In this document: positions 28,317-38,411 of the stretch, one piece after another | Layout: each line of letters opens with the position of its first letter | Numbering within the stretch: the first letter of the stretch is position 1 | Assembly: GCA_947632085.1 (NCBI GenBank) | Contig: CANRNY010000002.1 | Coordinates: 14,151-78,150, forward strand | Length of the DNA: 64,000 nt | Reading direction: 5' to 3' | From: an uncultured Bacilli bacterium | GTDB taxonomy: Bacteria; Bacillota_I; Bacilli_A; RF39; UBA660 | Made by a program: the position numbers and the translations under genes | Notes under the pieces: generated by a model | What the model was told of the DNA's origin: nothing | The model's database searches: none | The model's input: the letters and a program-made list of their open reading frames with translations, nothing else

Positions 28317-30101
28317 ATGTGCGGAATAGTAGGTTATGTTGGGAAAGATAGATGTATTCCTAAAATTATAAAGGGCTTAGAAGCTTTAGAATATAGAGGT
28401 TATGATAGTGCAGGGATTGCTTATAAAGTAGGTGACCAGATAAATATTTTAAAAGAAAAAGGAAGAATTAAGTCTTTAAAAGAAATAGTTAATGAAGATA
28501 TTAATTCTTATATAGGAATTGGACATACAAGATGGGCTACACATGGTAAACCTTGTAAAGTTAATAGTCATCCTCATAAAGTAGGTAAAATAACATTAGT
28601 TCATAATGGAATTATAGAAAATTATGAAGAATTGAAACTTTCTTTAAAAGAATATAAATTTAAAAGTGAAACTGATAGTGAAGTTGTAACGGCATTAATT
28701 GATAAACTTTACAAAGAAGAAAAAGATATGTTAAAAGTTTTAGCTAAGTTAAAAGAATATTTAGTTGGGAGTTATGCTTTAGGTATTTTAGTTGATGGAC
28801 AAGATGAGATATACGCGATAAGAAAAGATAGTCCTTTAGTTATAGGGATAAGTGAAGAGGGAAACTTTATTGCTAGTGATGTTCCAGCTATTTTAGAATA
28901 TACAAATATGTATTATTTACTTTTAAATAATGAATATGCAGTGCTTACTTTTGATGATGTAACTATTTATGATCAAGAAGGAAATATTAGTACAAAGTCT
29001 TTAGAAATGTTTGAAGGTAGTAAGGAGTCAGCTATGAAAAATGGCTATGAACATTATATGCTTAAAGAAATATTTGAACAACCTAAAGTAGTAATGGCAA
29101 CAATTAAAGAATATATTAGTAGTTATGATGATTTAAAAGAAAAAATGAATGTTTTAGAAAAGTGTGAAGCAATAGATATAGTAGGTTGTGGTAGTGCTTA
29201 TCATGTAGGTTTAGTAGGTAAGATGTTAATTACTAAATATGCGAAGATACCAGTAAATGTAGAGATTGCTTCAGAGTATCGATATACAGATCATATATAT
29301 AATAAACATCATTTAATTATATTAATAAGTCAATCAGGAGAAACAGCTGATACTTTAGCAGTTTTAAGAAAAGTAAAACAAGAGGGATTAGATACTTTAG
29401 CAATTGTTAATGTAGTTGGTTCTTCAATTGCTCGTGAAGCAGATAAAGTATTATATATAAAAGCTGGACCAGAAATAGCTGTAGCTACTACTAAAGCTTA
29501 TTTATGTCAGATGGTATTATTATCTTTAATTGCTTTATATTTAGGAATTAATAAAAATACTTTGGATAAAAAATTATTGAATGAATATAAACAATTAGAT
29601 AAATTAATTGAACAAGAATTAGTTAGAAAAGATGAATTAGAAGAAATAGCTAATTTAATTTATAAAAATAAAGATATCTTTTATTTAGGAAGAAAAATAG
29701 ATTATGCGTTATGTATGGAAGCTTCATTAAAATTAAAGGAAGTAAGTTATTTACATAGTGAAGCTTATGCAGCAGGAGAATTAAAGCACGGAACAATAAG
29801 TTTGATTGAAAGTAAAACACCAGTGATAAGTATTATTACAGATGATGATATAAGATATAAAACGCTTAGTAATGTAAAGGAAGTTTGTGCTAGAAAGGCT
29901 TTAAGTATAATTATTAGCAATGAAGAAGTAAAAGATAAAACTTTATATAGTAGGTTAATCTTAATACCAAAGGTTCATGAATTATTTAGTGGTATTTTAG
30001 TAATGGTTAATTGTCAATTAATTGCTTATTATGTAGCTAAGTTAAATAATTGTGATATTGATAAACCACGTAATTTAGCTAAAAGTGTGACAGTAGAATA
30101 A
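28317..30101 (+). CDS. glmS: Glutamine--fructose-6-phosphate aminotransferase
   Basis: 'MCGIVGY' Ntn-Cys start, two SIS domains ('SQSGETADTL'), C-terminal 'KPRNLAKSVTVE'. Confidence 0.97.
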   Translation: MCGIVGYVGKDRCIPKIIKGLEALEYRGYDSAGIAYKVGDQINILKEKGRIKSLKEIVNEDINSYIGIGHTRWATHGKPCKVNSHPHKVGKITLVHNGIIENYEELKLSLKEYKFKSETDSEVVTALIDKLYKEEKDMLKVLAKLKEYLVGSYALGILVDGQDEIYAIRKDSPLVIGISEEGNFIASDVPAILEYTNMYYLLLNNEYAVLTFDDVTIYDQEGNISTKSLEMFEGSKESAMKNGYEHYMLKEIFEQPKVVMATIKEYISSYDDLKEKMNVLEKCEAIDIVGCGSAYHVGLVGKMLITKYAKIPVNVEIASEYRYTDHIYNKHHLIILISQSGETADTLAVLRKVKQEGLDTLAIVNVVGSSIAREADKVLYIKAGPEIAVATTKAYLCQMVLLSLIALYLGINKNTLDKKLLNEYKQLDKLIEQELVRKDELEEIANLIYKNKDIFYLGRKIDYALCMEASLKLKEVSYLHSEAYAAGELKHGTISLIESKTPVISIITDDDIRYKTLSNVKEVCARKALSIIISNEEVKDKTLYSRLILIPKVHELFSGILVMVNCQLIAYYVAKLNNCDIDKPRNLAKSVTVE

Positions 30102-30128
30102 AAAGTTACTATCAAGTAACTTTTTTTT
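30101..30128 (+). terminator. glmS terminator
   Basis: AAAAGTTACT / AGTAACTTTT perfect stem, loop ATCA, T-run. Confidence 0.8.
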
Positions 30129-30186
30129 AGAGCTAAAATATGTTATTATTTTAATAGATAAAATAGAAAAAAGTAGGCGATGTATA

Positions 30187-33100
30187 ATGAATCCATTTTT
30201 TCGTAATATATTAAGAATAAATCCTCAAGCATTAAACGGAATACCTGAAAGATTTATTACTGAAGATGATGTTAAAACAGCAGTAAAAAGAGGCTACAAG
30301 GTTGATAGTCAAACACCTATTTACTTATTAAAATATATAGATATAGCTAGATTATATATGACATTACTTGAAAATGGAAAAACAGTAACTGGAGAGGAAA
30401 TAGTTTTATTAATTCAACATGATGAATTAATTGATGAATTAGTTTACTTTATAAATGTCGATGATTATAATGAAGAACAAAAAAAGATTATTTTTGATGT
30501 TCTTAGAAAAAACTTAGATTCATTATTTTATGGAAGGAATGACCTATTATATAGAGAAGAATTAATATATGATTATTTAGAACAAAACCCTTTCTTTTTA
30601 AATAATCCTTATCTTCTTGATAGAATTAAAGATTATGATAGATTCTATGAAATTATTAAAAAGACTTCTAGTTCATATAACTTAAATAATATGAATTTAG
30701 GATTATTTAAAGTTTGGTATAAAAATGATCCTTCGATTTTATTTTCTAGGGATTTACCTTATAAAATAAGAACTAATCCTGAAGTTATTGAAATGTTAAA
30801 AGAATCATATGAAGCACATACTTTAGATTTAATACAATTAAAAAATTCAGAAATGATAAAATTAAAAGAAGTATATACTTATCTTTTAAAAAAAGATATA
30901 GCAAATATTCAGTATTTACCTTATTTTGGATACAATCAAGATTGTTTTGATTTTTTCTTAGATTTGATACTTAATAATTTTGAAGAAAATATTAAATATT
31001 TAGCAGATATTAGTAAAATAGTAACAGGAGATCCTAGTGTAGATAAAAAAAATAGACTTATAAAAGCTATATTAGATAATAATATTGTAGTTAAGGATTG
31101 TTCGTGGTCTTTTTTGGCAGATAATGCTGATATTGTTTATAATTCATTTATTAATGACCCATCATCTATTAATAATTTGAATTCACATTATTTTGGTGAT
31201 AGAGAATTAACTCAAGAAGAAATTGATAATATAGCAAGGATTATTGTAGAACAGAAGATAGTTGTTAATAAATATAATCCTTTTATTAGTCGTTATCCTG
31301 AAATATTAAAGGCGGCTTTAAGTGTTAATCCATATTTAATTGATGATCGGGAAAAGAATATTACTGGTGTTGATTTACGTGAATTAATTAATTATGGTTA
31401 TGAAATAAATATTTCGTCACCATCATTTGTTTTCTATTCTTCTTTTGATAATTTTGATTTTGTTTTAGATGCTATAAATCGAGATTTAAGTTTGTTGAAT
31501 AATCCTTCTTTTAATATTGTTATGCCGACAGAAGAAAAAATATTAAAAGTATATAACGTATTAAAAGCTCATAATTATAAATTAACTTTAACTTCACCTA
31601 AATGCTTATTTAATAATCCTTTATTAGTATTAGATGGATTAGAAGAAAAAAATATTGATTTAAATGATATTGGTAGTAGTGTTATAAATCAAACAAATAA
31701 ATATAGTGAAGTATTAAAACAATATATATTAAATCATTATAGTTTAGAAGAAATAGAAAATATTCTAGGATATACTTATTATTTTGATGAAAAAGATTAT
31801 AACTATGAAGAGAAGATGCAAGTTAATGATATATTGATGGATTTGAAAAAGGATTTTGTTAATTGTGAAATATATAATAGTAAAATTGATTTGAGTTTGG
31901 AAGTCCAAAAACAAATTAGTGATTTATATTTTGCTAATTATGAAGAAAATAAAAAGTTTTATGGGTCAACACCATTGGTAGATAATAATCCATATATTAA
32001 TACTTATGAATGTTTATATCATCATCGTCCAATGCGTAATGTAGATTGCCTAAAAAATACGGAGTTAGCTTCTTTCTTTAAAGAAAATTATCAAAAAGAA
32101 GGAGTTGAAATTACTGGTAATTTAATAAAACTATTTATTAATGATCCAGCATTAGCTGATTTGATAAGACAATATCCAGAGAGAATTGAATCTTGGGCAT
32201 CTCGTTTAAGTTACAATATTAATCAAAATTTTATCACTGAAGTATGTGAGCAATTAAAAAATGGTACTTATGTTGTTTCAAGGAGTATAAATGATGATTT
32301 GGCAAAGGCTATTTTTGATTTTGCATGGGAAAATAATGTACCTAATATTGGATATATTCTTAGAAGAGTAATGGATGAATATTATGGATATGGACGTGAT
32401 TATACAAATTATGTTTATGAAGCTTTAATTAGTGGTAGAGCAAATATGTATGAAATAGGAGAAGATAATTGTTTGAAGTTAAGTGAAGAACAATTACTTG
32501 CGATATTAAAAGCTCAACCAAATAATATTGTTAATATGCGTCGTTCTTTTAATCCTAAAATGAGGGAATTTATTAGTAGACCTGAAATTCAAGAAATATA
32601 TACGAATGCTATTAATAACTTAGAACTATATGATGGAAAAAGAAATTATTCTTTGGATGAATTATTCACTTTAGCTAAAAGTAATCCTAATATCTTTTTA
32701 AGAGAAAAATATTATAAGACTTATACTTTGCTTCAAGGAGAATTATTTAATAGAATTCATAATGTTATTGTTGACGCTTATAAAAATCATAAAATTACGT
32801 TAAATGTTGATTTGGAAAAATGTATAATTGTTACACATAGTACAGCAGATAAAATTGATGACGAATTTATGAATTATTTATTAGAACATGATTTGGTAGA
32901 TTATATATGTTGTTTAAATGAAGGGATGCCTAATGAGTATCTTGATAAATTATATAAAAAGTTTGCTTCATATGACTCTTTAAATAGAAAATTGGATGTT
33001 ATTAATAATATGCCAAAGAATAAAGCTTTTTATTTACCAATATATAAAGAATTATTAAGACAAAGTTTAGGTAAAAAAGAATTAGTTAATTGTACGAAAA

Positions 33101-36100
33101 ATAATATTTTTACACCTTCAGAAGTATATAATATATGGGTAGAAGCTGGACGTCCTTTAAGTTTTTATGATGGTGAAAATGATATTATTACTAATAAACA
33201 AATAATATTAGATGCTTTAAAAATGGATATTAATAATTATCAGTATTTTTTATATAGTCCTGATTTATCTAATCGAGATTTGGCTTTTGAAGAAGAAGTA
33301 TTTAATTTGTATAAAGTACATAGTTATGATATTTCACCTTATTCTTCTAATATCTTTTATAACAATTCATTTATTATGAAGTATATGGGATTAGAAGATA
33401 AAATTGTTATTACAGAAGATAATATGAATTTATACTATGATAAATATCATTGGGATTTGCCTTTAGAAATAATGATAGAATCAGTAAAGAACTATAAATA
33501 TTCTTTAAATAAAATAGTATTTTTTAGAAATTATTCAGAGTTATTTAATTATTTAAAAAGTACTAATTTTGTTCTAGATGAAAAATATGATGCTTCAGTA
33601 GCAGCAAACTATGAGTTTGTGACTATTTCAGCTGAAAATAATTTAAAACAAACTATAGAAGTTGTTGGTAAATATAAAGTAGAAGCAGATAGTAAAATAG
33701 TAAAATATTTAATAGAGAAAGCTATAAATAATAATTATTTAGTTAATAGTAAAACACCAAAGGTATTCTTAAAAAATAAAGATTTGTTATATCATTCAAT
33801 TAAAACAGATCCAAAATTAATCGTTTATTTTGATAAAAACATTGAATTTGATGAACAAGAAAAACAAGAAATTAGAGAATTACTAATAAAAAATAAAATA
33901 TGTTATTATTATGGAATATTTAAATTCTTAGAAGATGATTATGAGTATGTCAAATTTAGTGTTATGAATAATCCATCTTCAATAGAAGTAATTAATGAAG
34001 CTTGCTTTACGACAGTAGAGAAAAATGAATTAATGAAAATAATTAAAGATAAAATAAGAGATAGTAGTTATAAAATAAATTATAATATGCCAACTTGGTT
34101 ATTTTATGATTATGAATTATTGGCGATGGCTCGTAAAGAGTTACCATTAATAGGAAAAGATATTCCAGGATTTGATTATTTATTAGAAGATTATAAATTA
34201 TTATACGAAAAAGGTATTACAATCGATAATAATCCATATACAATATTAAATAATATTATAAATAATATAGAGTTAGTTGATGTTTTACAAATAAATCCTA
34301 ATATAGTTTATCCTGAAGAATTATTTAATCAATTAGTTGATAAGTTAATAGCAAGTCATTATGAAATAAATGAAAAAACACCAAATATTCTTTTCAATAG
34401 TGGAGAATTTATTATTTATGCTTTAGAAAATAATATGAAGATAGATGATAAATATATTGAAAGATTTTTGAATATAGAAAATTTATATAAATATAAAAAG
34501 TTTGATTTAGCTAAAAAATATTGTCAAATGGGTTATGGAATTAAATATAAAAATATGTTTGATAAATTTGGTTTAGATGAAACTTTAAAATTAGCAATAA
34601 AATATGGTTATTTATTAAATACATTAAATTTAAACGAGAATTATGATATAGATAAATTAGATGAATATTTCTTAAAGACAGCTGGATATGGTGATTTAGT
34701 TGATGTCTTAATTAGAATTAATTATCCATTAAGTGATGAAGAAATTAAAGAAGGCAAAATAAATCTTATTGGAAGACATTTTGTTTTATCTGAGAATGAC
34801 ATGTTGTTTAATTATTTAATTCCGAAGGACCCTAATAAAATTATGTTATATACTGGACGTAATAATAAATTATATATATTGGCAATTAAATGTGGTTTTG
34901 AACTAACTTTAGAAAAATATATAAAATGTGATAATTTTAGAACTAATGATTATTATACTTCATTAATTTTAGATACTGATTGTAATGCAATTAAATATTA
35001 TCGCGGTTCTAATAGTGAATTATATAAAAAAGCAATTGCTAAAGGTTATAAGATAAATGAACAAGATTTTATAGATTTTCCATATCTTTGTGATACATAC
35101 TTATTAGAATATGCAATTAATACTGATGATGTAAGTAAATATATTATGTATTATAAAGGTCATGATGAGGAGTTATTTAAAAAAGCAATTGCAAATGGTT
35201 ATGTACCAACGATTGATATTTTAAATAAGAAAGATAATTTCTGTGCTAGTTCTGCTATTATTCATCGAGTGATGCAAGATGATATAAAAGCAATTAAATA
35301 TTATAAAGGTAGTGCAGAGTATTTTACTGATTTATTTGATATAGAAGATAAAAATGGTAATAAAATTGTTCCTGATAGAGAAATGATGAAGGATTTAGCT
35401 TTTATCTATGGTAATGATGAATTAATGAAAAAAGCTATTTTATATGATTGTAATAATATTGTATTTTATCAAGGGAATGAGGAAGAATTATTTAACTTAG
35501 CAATAAATGGTGGTTATATACCTAAGAAAGAAGATTTTGAACTTACTGATAATTTAAATGATAAAAATATAATATTTAAAAAGATTTTAGAATTAGGTCT
35601 TATTGATTTATTATTATATTATACAGGTAATGATGAAGAAATTATAAAGGGAATATATAGAGATTTGTTAAGTGATCAATATGATTTAGTTATTAGGAAT
35701 AATGATGATTTAACTAATTATATTGCAGTATGGCAATCATTTAATAGTAGTACTAATCATGAAAGATTAATTACTTATATGAATCCAAAAAATATAAAAG
35801 CATTTGAAAAAATGCCAATAGATTATTATCTAGTTTTAAAATATGGTATTGGTAATTCAAAGATGGATTTTCTTATTCAAATAATTAAAGATGGTCAAAT
35901 AGATAATTTTGCTAATATTTATTCTTATTTAATAAAAAATTATTTAGAACTTAATAATAATGCTTTTGGAGTTGATTTATTTTTAAAGATAGCTCGTTTA
36001 TATGTAACATATCCTAATTTATTAGGTAATATTCTTGATAGGAAATTAAATGATATTGAAGTAGCTAATTTAATTAAACTTATTAATAGTGAGGTAAAAA

Positions 36101-38205
36101 TAAGTGAAGTTAATAGCTTAGAAGATTTGGCAAAATTAGATGAAACTTTAATTGCGACTATTAAATATAATTTAGATTTTTGTAAAGATCCAAAAGAAAT
36201 TAAAAATATGATACTACAATATGTTTTTAATATTGATTATGATGAATTTATGCATATTTTAACTAATTATATTAATTTTGATACTTTGGACAAAATTATT
36301 AGTAAAGCAGAAAAATTAAAAAATCAAGAAGAATTAATGTATGAAGCTTCAATATTAAAGATATTATTAAAAATGTTAGAAGAGACAGTTAATGCGACGA
36401 ATGATATAGAATCATTAAAAGCATTATTAAGAAATTATTTAAATAATCAAGAATTAGTAAATAAAGTAAGGCCTTTATATTATGATTTAAAAGAAAGAAT
36501 AAGAAATATATATGAGTTAGATGCTAATGCTACTTTAACAGATTTAAGTGATTATACCCCTAATGAAAATGGTGTTATTGATTTACAAAACTCAGAATAT
36601 ACTATTTATGCACATGTTATGGGTGGGGATAATTTTGCTGATTATGTTAAATATCGTTTTAATGGTAAAGTAACAATATGTGTTTCACCAATAAGTAATT
36701 TAGGTAAGAAATTATATTCTAATTCAGGAGTTATTTTAGGATTTGTAAATATTCCTCGTGGAGGATTTATTGGTTCATCTAATCGTAATATGGGTAGTAA
36801 TGGTTATATTAATAATAATGATTATCAAGTTCATAATGATCACTTTTATCATTTAGAAATTAAAGATAGTAGTTCTTTAACACCTAAAGAACATCCAGAA
36901 ACTTTATTATATCGTGATGGTTTATTACCTGGTTGTATTATTATTAGAGGTGATATACCTAGTCAAGAAGAAAAGGCAGCACAGCAAGCCTTTAGAGATT
37001 TAGGATTAGAAATTCCTTTTGTTCATACGCAAGCGATTGGTAATGTAGCTGAATTAAAAGGCAAAGATATGACAATTGTTGATCCACAAGAAGATGTTGA
37101 TAAACATATTTATGTAGAACAAAATATTGAACTTGGAGAATATGAAGCTAAACTAGATAAAATTAAGAAAGTACGAGAAAAAGTATTAGAATTAAAAGAA
37201 CATGTTGAAGGTTTAGGAATAAAACAAGAAGAAATATATGATTTAATACCAATGAAAATTGGTGGTTCGCATGATATGTTTAAATGTCATATTAAAGGTA
37301 AAGATGGAATATTCTATTTAAAACCTGGTTATCGTAAAGGAAGAGGAGATATTGATCCATATCGTTCTTATGCGATGGAAGCTGGTTATCGTATTCAATC
37401 AATTGTTAATCCAGAAGGAGCAGTATATGTTGATACAGTAATGGTTTCTTCAGAAAGTCTTGGATATAGTAGTACACAAGAAGATATATTGTGTTCAGTA
37501 ATTGAAGTTAAACAAGATACGACGAGTTATGATGGTTGGGCGACTAGTAGAGTTGAGTATTCTGAATTATCAGAAAAAGAAATGTCATCATTTATGCAAG
37601 AATTTATTAGTGATTATTTGTTATTTAGTTATGATACTAAGCCAGAGAATTTCCTAAAGGATAAAAATGGAAATACATTTGGTATTGATAAAGAACAAGC
37701 ACTAAAATTTATTCTTCATCCATTATTTGCCCAAAGAGATAATGATAACAATTTAACATTTAATACTTCTTTTGCCGATTCTACTTCTTCAAAAGCCGAT
37801 TTTAATGGTTGTGGTATAATTTATATTAAGATTTTTGATGCTGTTAAAGAAGGAAAACAAAAAATAACAGAAGAAAATGTTAATAAGGCGATGGCAGCGA
37901 TAAATCGAGTTGAAGCTATGTCTGATGAAGAATATAAACAAATTTTTAAAAACTATGTTGATGATTTTGCTAAAAGCTCAGTTGTTTCTAGTATAGTTAA
38001 TAGTTATAAAAATGCAGGATATTCAGATAAAGATGCCATAGCAGCGGTTAAAAATGAATTATATGAATCACTTTTAGCAAGAAAAAATAATTTACGTACA
38101 GAGTTTACATTATATATTAATAATGTTTTATCAACTTATTATTCTAAGATAGGGGAGGAAGTTCCAGAATGGGTAACGAATTTGAGTCAAGAAAAGAAGA
38201 TTTAA
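30187..38205 (+). CDS. Giant (2672 aa) non-secreted repeat protein with C-terminal atypical protein-kinase-like domain
   Basis: Uninterrupted 8-kb ORF with no signal peptide or TM. About 2100 aa of degenerate helical repeats (DUF4116-like pattern 'h..A+..nP..h..h'), an unassigned globular segment, then 'GGSHDMFKCHIKGKDGIFYLKPG ... SYDTKPENFL ... GIDKEQ', a kinase-like core. Confidence 0.85.
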   Translation: MNPFFRNILRINPQALNGIPERFITEDDVKTAVKRGYKVDSQTPIYLLKYIDIARLYMTLLENGKTVTGEEIVLLIQHDELIDELVYFINVDDYNEEQKKIIFDVLRKNLDSLFYGRNDLLYREELIYDYLEQNPFFLNNPYLLDRIKDYDRFYEIIKKTSSSYNLNNMNLGLFKVWYKNDPSILFSRDLPYKIRTNPEVIEMLKESYEAHTLDLIQLKNSEMIKLKEVYTYLLKKDIANIQYLPYFGYNQDCFDFFLDLILNNFEENIKYLADISKIVTGDPSVDKKNRLIKAILDNNIVVKDCSWSFLADNADIVYNSFINDPSSINNLNSHYFGDRELTQEEIDNIARIIVEQKIVVNKYNPFISRYPEILKAALSVNPYLIDDREKNITGVDLRELINYGYEINISSPSFVFYSSFDNFDFVLDAINRDLSLLNNPSFNIVMPTEEKILKVYNVLKAHNYKLTLTSPKCLFNNPLLVLDGLEEKNIDLNDIGSSVINQTNKYSEVLKQYILNHYSLEEIENILGYTYYFDEKDYNYEEKMQVNDILMDLKKDFVNCEIYNSKIDLSLEVQKQISDLYFANYEENKKFYGSTPLVDNNPYINTYECLYHHRPMRNVDCLKNTELASFFKENYQKEGVEITGNLIKLFINDPALADLIRQYPERIESWASRLSYNINQNFITEVCEQLKNGTYVVSRSINDDLAKAIFDFAWENNVPNIGYILRRVMDEYYGYGRDYTNYVYEALISGRANMYEIGEDNCLKLSEEQLLAILKAQPNNIVNMRRSFNPKMREFISRPEIQEIYTNAINNLELYDGKRNYSLDELFTLAKSNPNIFLREKYYKTYTLLQGELFNRIHNVIVDAYKNHKITLNVDLEKCIIVTHSTADKIDDEFMNYLLEHDLVDYICCLNEGMPNEYLDKLYKKFASYDSLNRKLDVINNMPKNKAFYLPIYKELLRQSLGKKELVNCTKNNIFTPSEVYNIWVEAGRPLSFYDGENDIITNKQIILDALKMDINNYQYFLYSPDLSNRDLAFEEEVFNLYKVHSYDISPYSSNIFYNNSFIMKYMGLEDKIVITEDNMNLYYDKYHWDLPLEIMIESVKNYKYSLNKIVFFRNYSELFNYLKSTNFVLDEKYDASVAANYEFVTISAENNLKQTIEVVGKYKVEADSKIVKYLIEKAINNNYLVNSKTPKVFLKNKDLLYHSIKTDPKLIVYFDKNIEFDEQEKQEIRELLIKNKICYYYGIFKFLEDDYEYVKFSVMNNPSSIEVINEACFTTVEKNELMKIIKDKIRDSSYKINYNMPTWLFYDYELLAMARKELPLIGKDIPGFDYLLEDYKLLYEKGITIDNNPYTILNNIINNIELVDVLQINPNIVYPEELFNQLVDKLIASHYEINEKTPNILFNSGEFIIYALENNMKIDDKYIERFLNIENLYKYKKFDLAKKYCQMGYGIKYKNMFDKFGLDETLKLAIKYGYLLNTLNLNENYDIDKLDEYFLKTAGYGDLVDVLIRINYPLSDEEIKEGKINLIGRHFVLSENDMLFNYLIPKDPNKIMLYTGRNNKLYILAIKCGFELTLEKYIKCDNFRTNDYYTSLILDTDCNAIKYYRGSNSELYKKAIAKGYKINEQDFIDFPYLCDTYLLEYAINTDDVSKYIMYYKGHDEELFKKAIANGYVPTIDILNKKDNFCASSAIIHRVMQDDIKAIKYYKGSAEYFTDLFDIEDKNGNKIVPDREMMKDLAFIYGNDELMKKAILYDCNNIVFYQGNEEELFNLAINGGYIPKKEDFELTDNLNDKNIIFKKILELGLIDLLLYYTGNDEEIIKGIYRDLLSDQYDLVIRNNDDLTNYIAVWQSFNSSTNHERLITYMNPKNIKAFEKMPIDYYLVLKYGIGNSKMDFLIQIIKDGQIDNFANIYSYLIKNYLELNNNAFGVDLFLKIARLYVTYPNLLGNILDRKLNDIEVANLIKLINSEVKISEVNSLEDLAKLDETLIATIKYNLDFCKDPKEIKNMILQYVFNIDYDEFMHILTNYINFDTLDKIISKAEKLKNQEELMYEASILKILLKMLEETVNATNDIESLKALLRNYLNNQELVNKVRPLYYDLKERIRNIYELDANATLTDLSDYTPNENGVIDLQNSEYTIYAHVMGGDNFADYVKYRFNGKVTICVSPISNLGKKLYSNSGVILGFVNIPRGGFIGSSNRNMGSNGYINNNDYQVHNDHFYHLEIKDSSSLTPKEHPETLLYRDGLLPGCIIIRGDIPSQEEKAAQQAFRDLGLEIPFVHTQAIGNVAELKGKDMTIVDPQEDVDKHIYVEQNIELGEYEAKLDKIKKVREKVLELKEHVEGLGIKQEEIYDLIPMKIGGSHDMFKCHIKGKDGIFYLKPGYRKGRGDIDPYRSYAMEAGYRIQSIVNPEGAVYVDTVMVSSESLGYSSTQEDILCSVIEVKQDTTSYDGWATSRVEYSELSEKEMSSFMQEFISDYLLFSYDTKPENFLKDKNGNTFGIDKEQALKFILHPLFAQRDNDNNLTFNTSFADSTSSKADFNGCGIIYIKIFDAVKEGKQKITEENVNKAMAAINRVEAMSDEEYKQIFKNYVDDFAKSSVVSSIVNSYKNAGYSDKDAIAAVKNELYESLLARKNNLRTEFTLYINNVLSTYYSKIGEEVPEWVTNLSQEKKI
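34804..35665 (+). repeat. Six tandem ~49-aa protein repeats inside the giant ORF
   Basis: Recurring '(I/L)xYYxGxxEELFxxAIxxGY' units: IMLYTGRNNKLYILAIKCGF, IKYYRGSNSELYKKAIAKGY, IMYYKGHDEELFKKAIANGY, IKYYKGSAEYF, IVFYQGNEEELFNLAINGGY, LLYYTGNDEEIIKGIY. DNA-level similarity is visible (35021-35056 versus 35171-35206). Confidence 0.8.
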
Positions 38206-38366
38206 ATAAATTAAGTGAATTAATTAATAATGTTGATCCAGAAAATAATTATTATAAAGAATCATTAAATGAAATAAAAGATTTATTAGTAAAAATGGAT
38301 CAGCCAAAAAAAGCTTTAGAAGAAGAGAAAGAAGCTAAAGATAAAGAGAAAAAGAAGGCAATTTGA
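38169..38366 (+). CDS. Small K/E-rich protein (65 aa) overlapping the end of the giant gene
   Basis: GGGGAGGAAG RBS 8 nt before ATG 38169. 37-nt overlap with the giant ORF in another frame. Followed by a terminator. Confidence 0.45.
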   Translation: MGNEFESRKEDLNKLSELINNVDPENNYYKESLNEIKDLLVKMDQPKKALEEEKEAKDKEKKKAI

Positions 38367-38382
38367 CATTGTCTTCTTTTTT
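38351..38382 (+). terminator. Rho-independent terminator
   Basis: AAAGAAGGCAAT / ATTGTCTTCTTT stem (one G-U pair), loop TTGAC, T-run. Confidence 0.7.
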
Positions 38383-38411
38383 CCTTTATAATATGGCTAG
38401 TGGTGATAACT

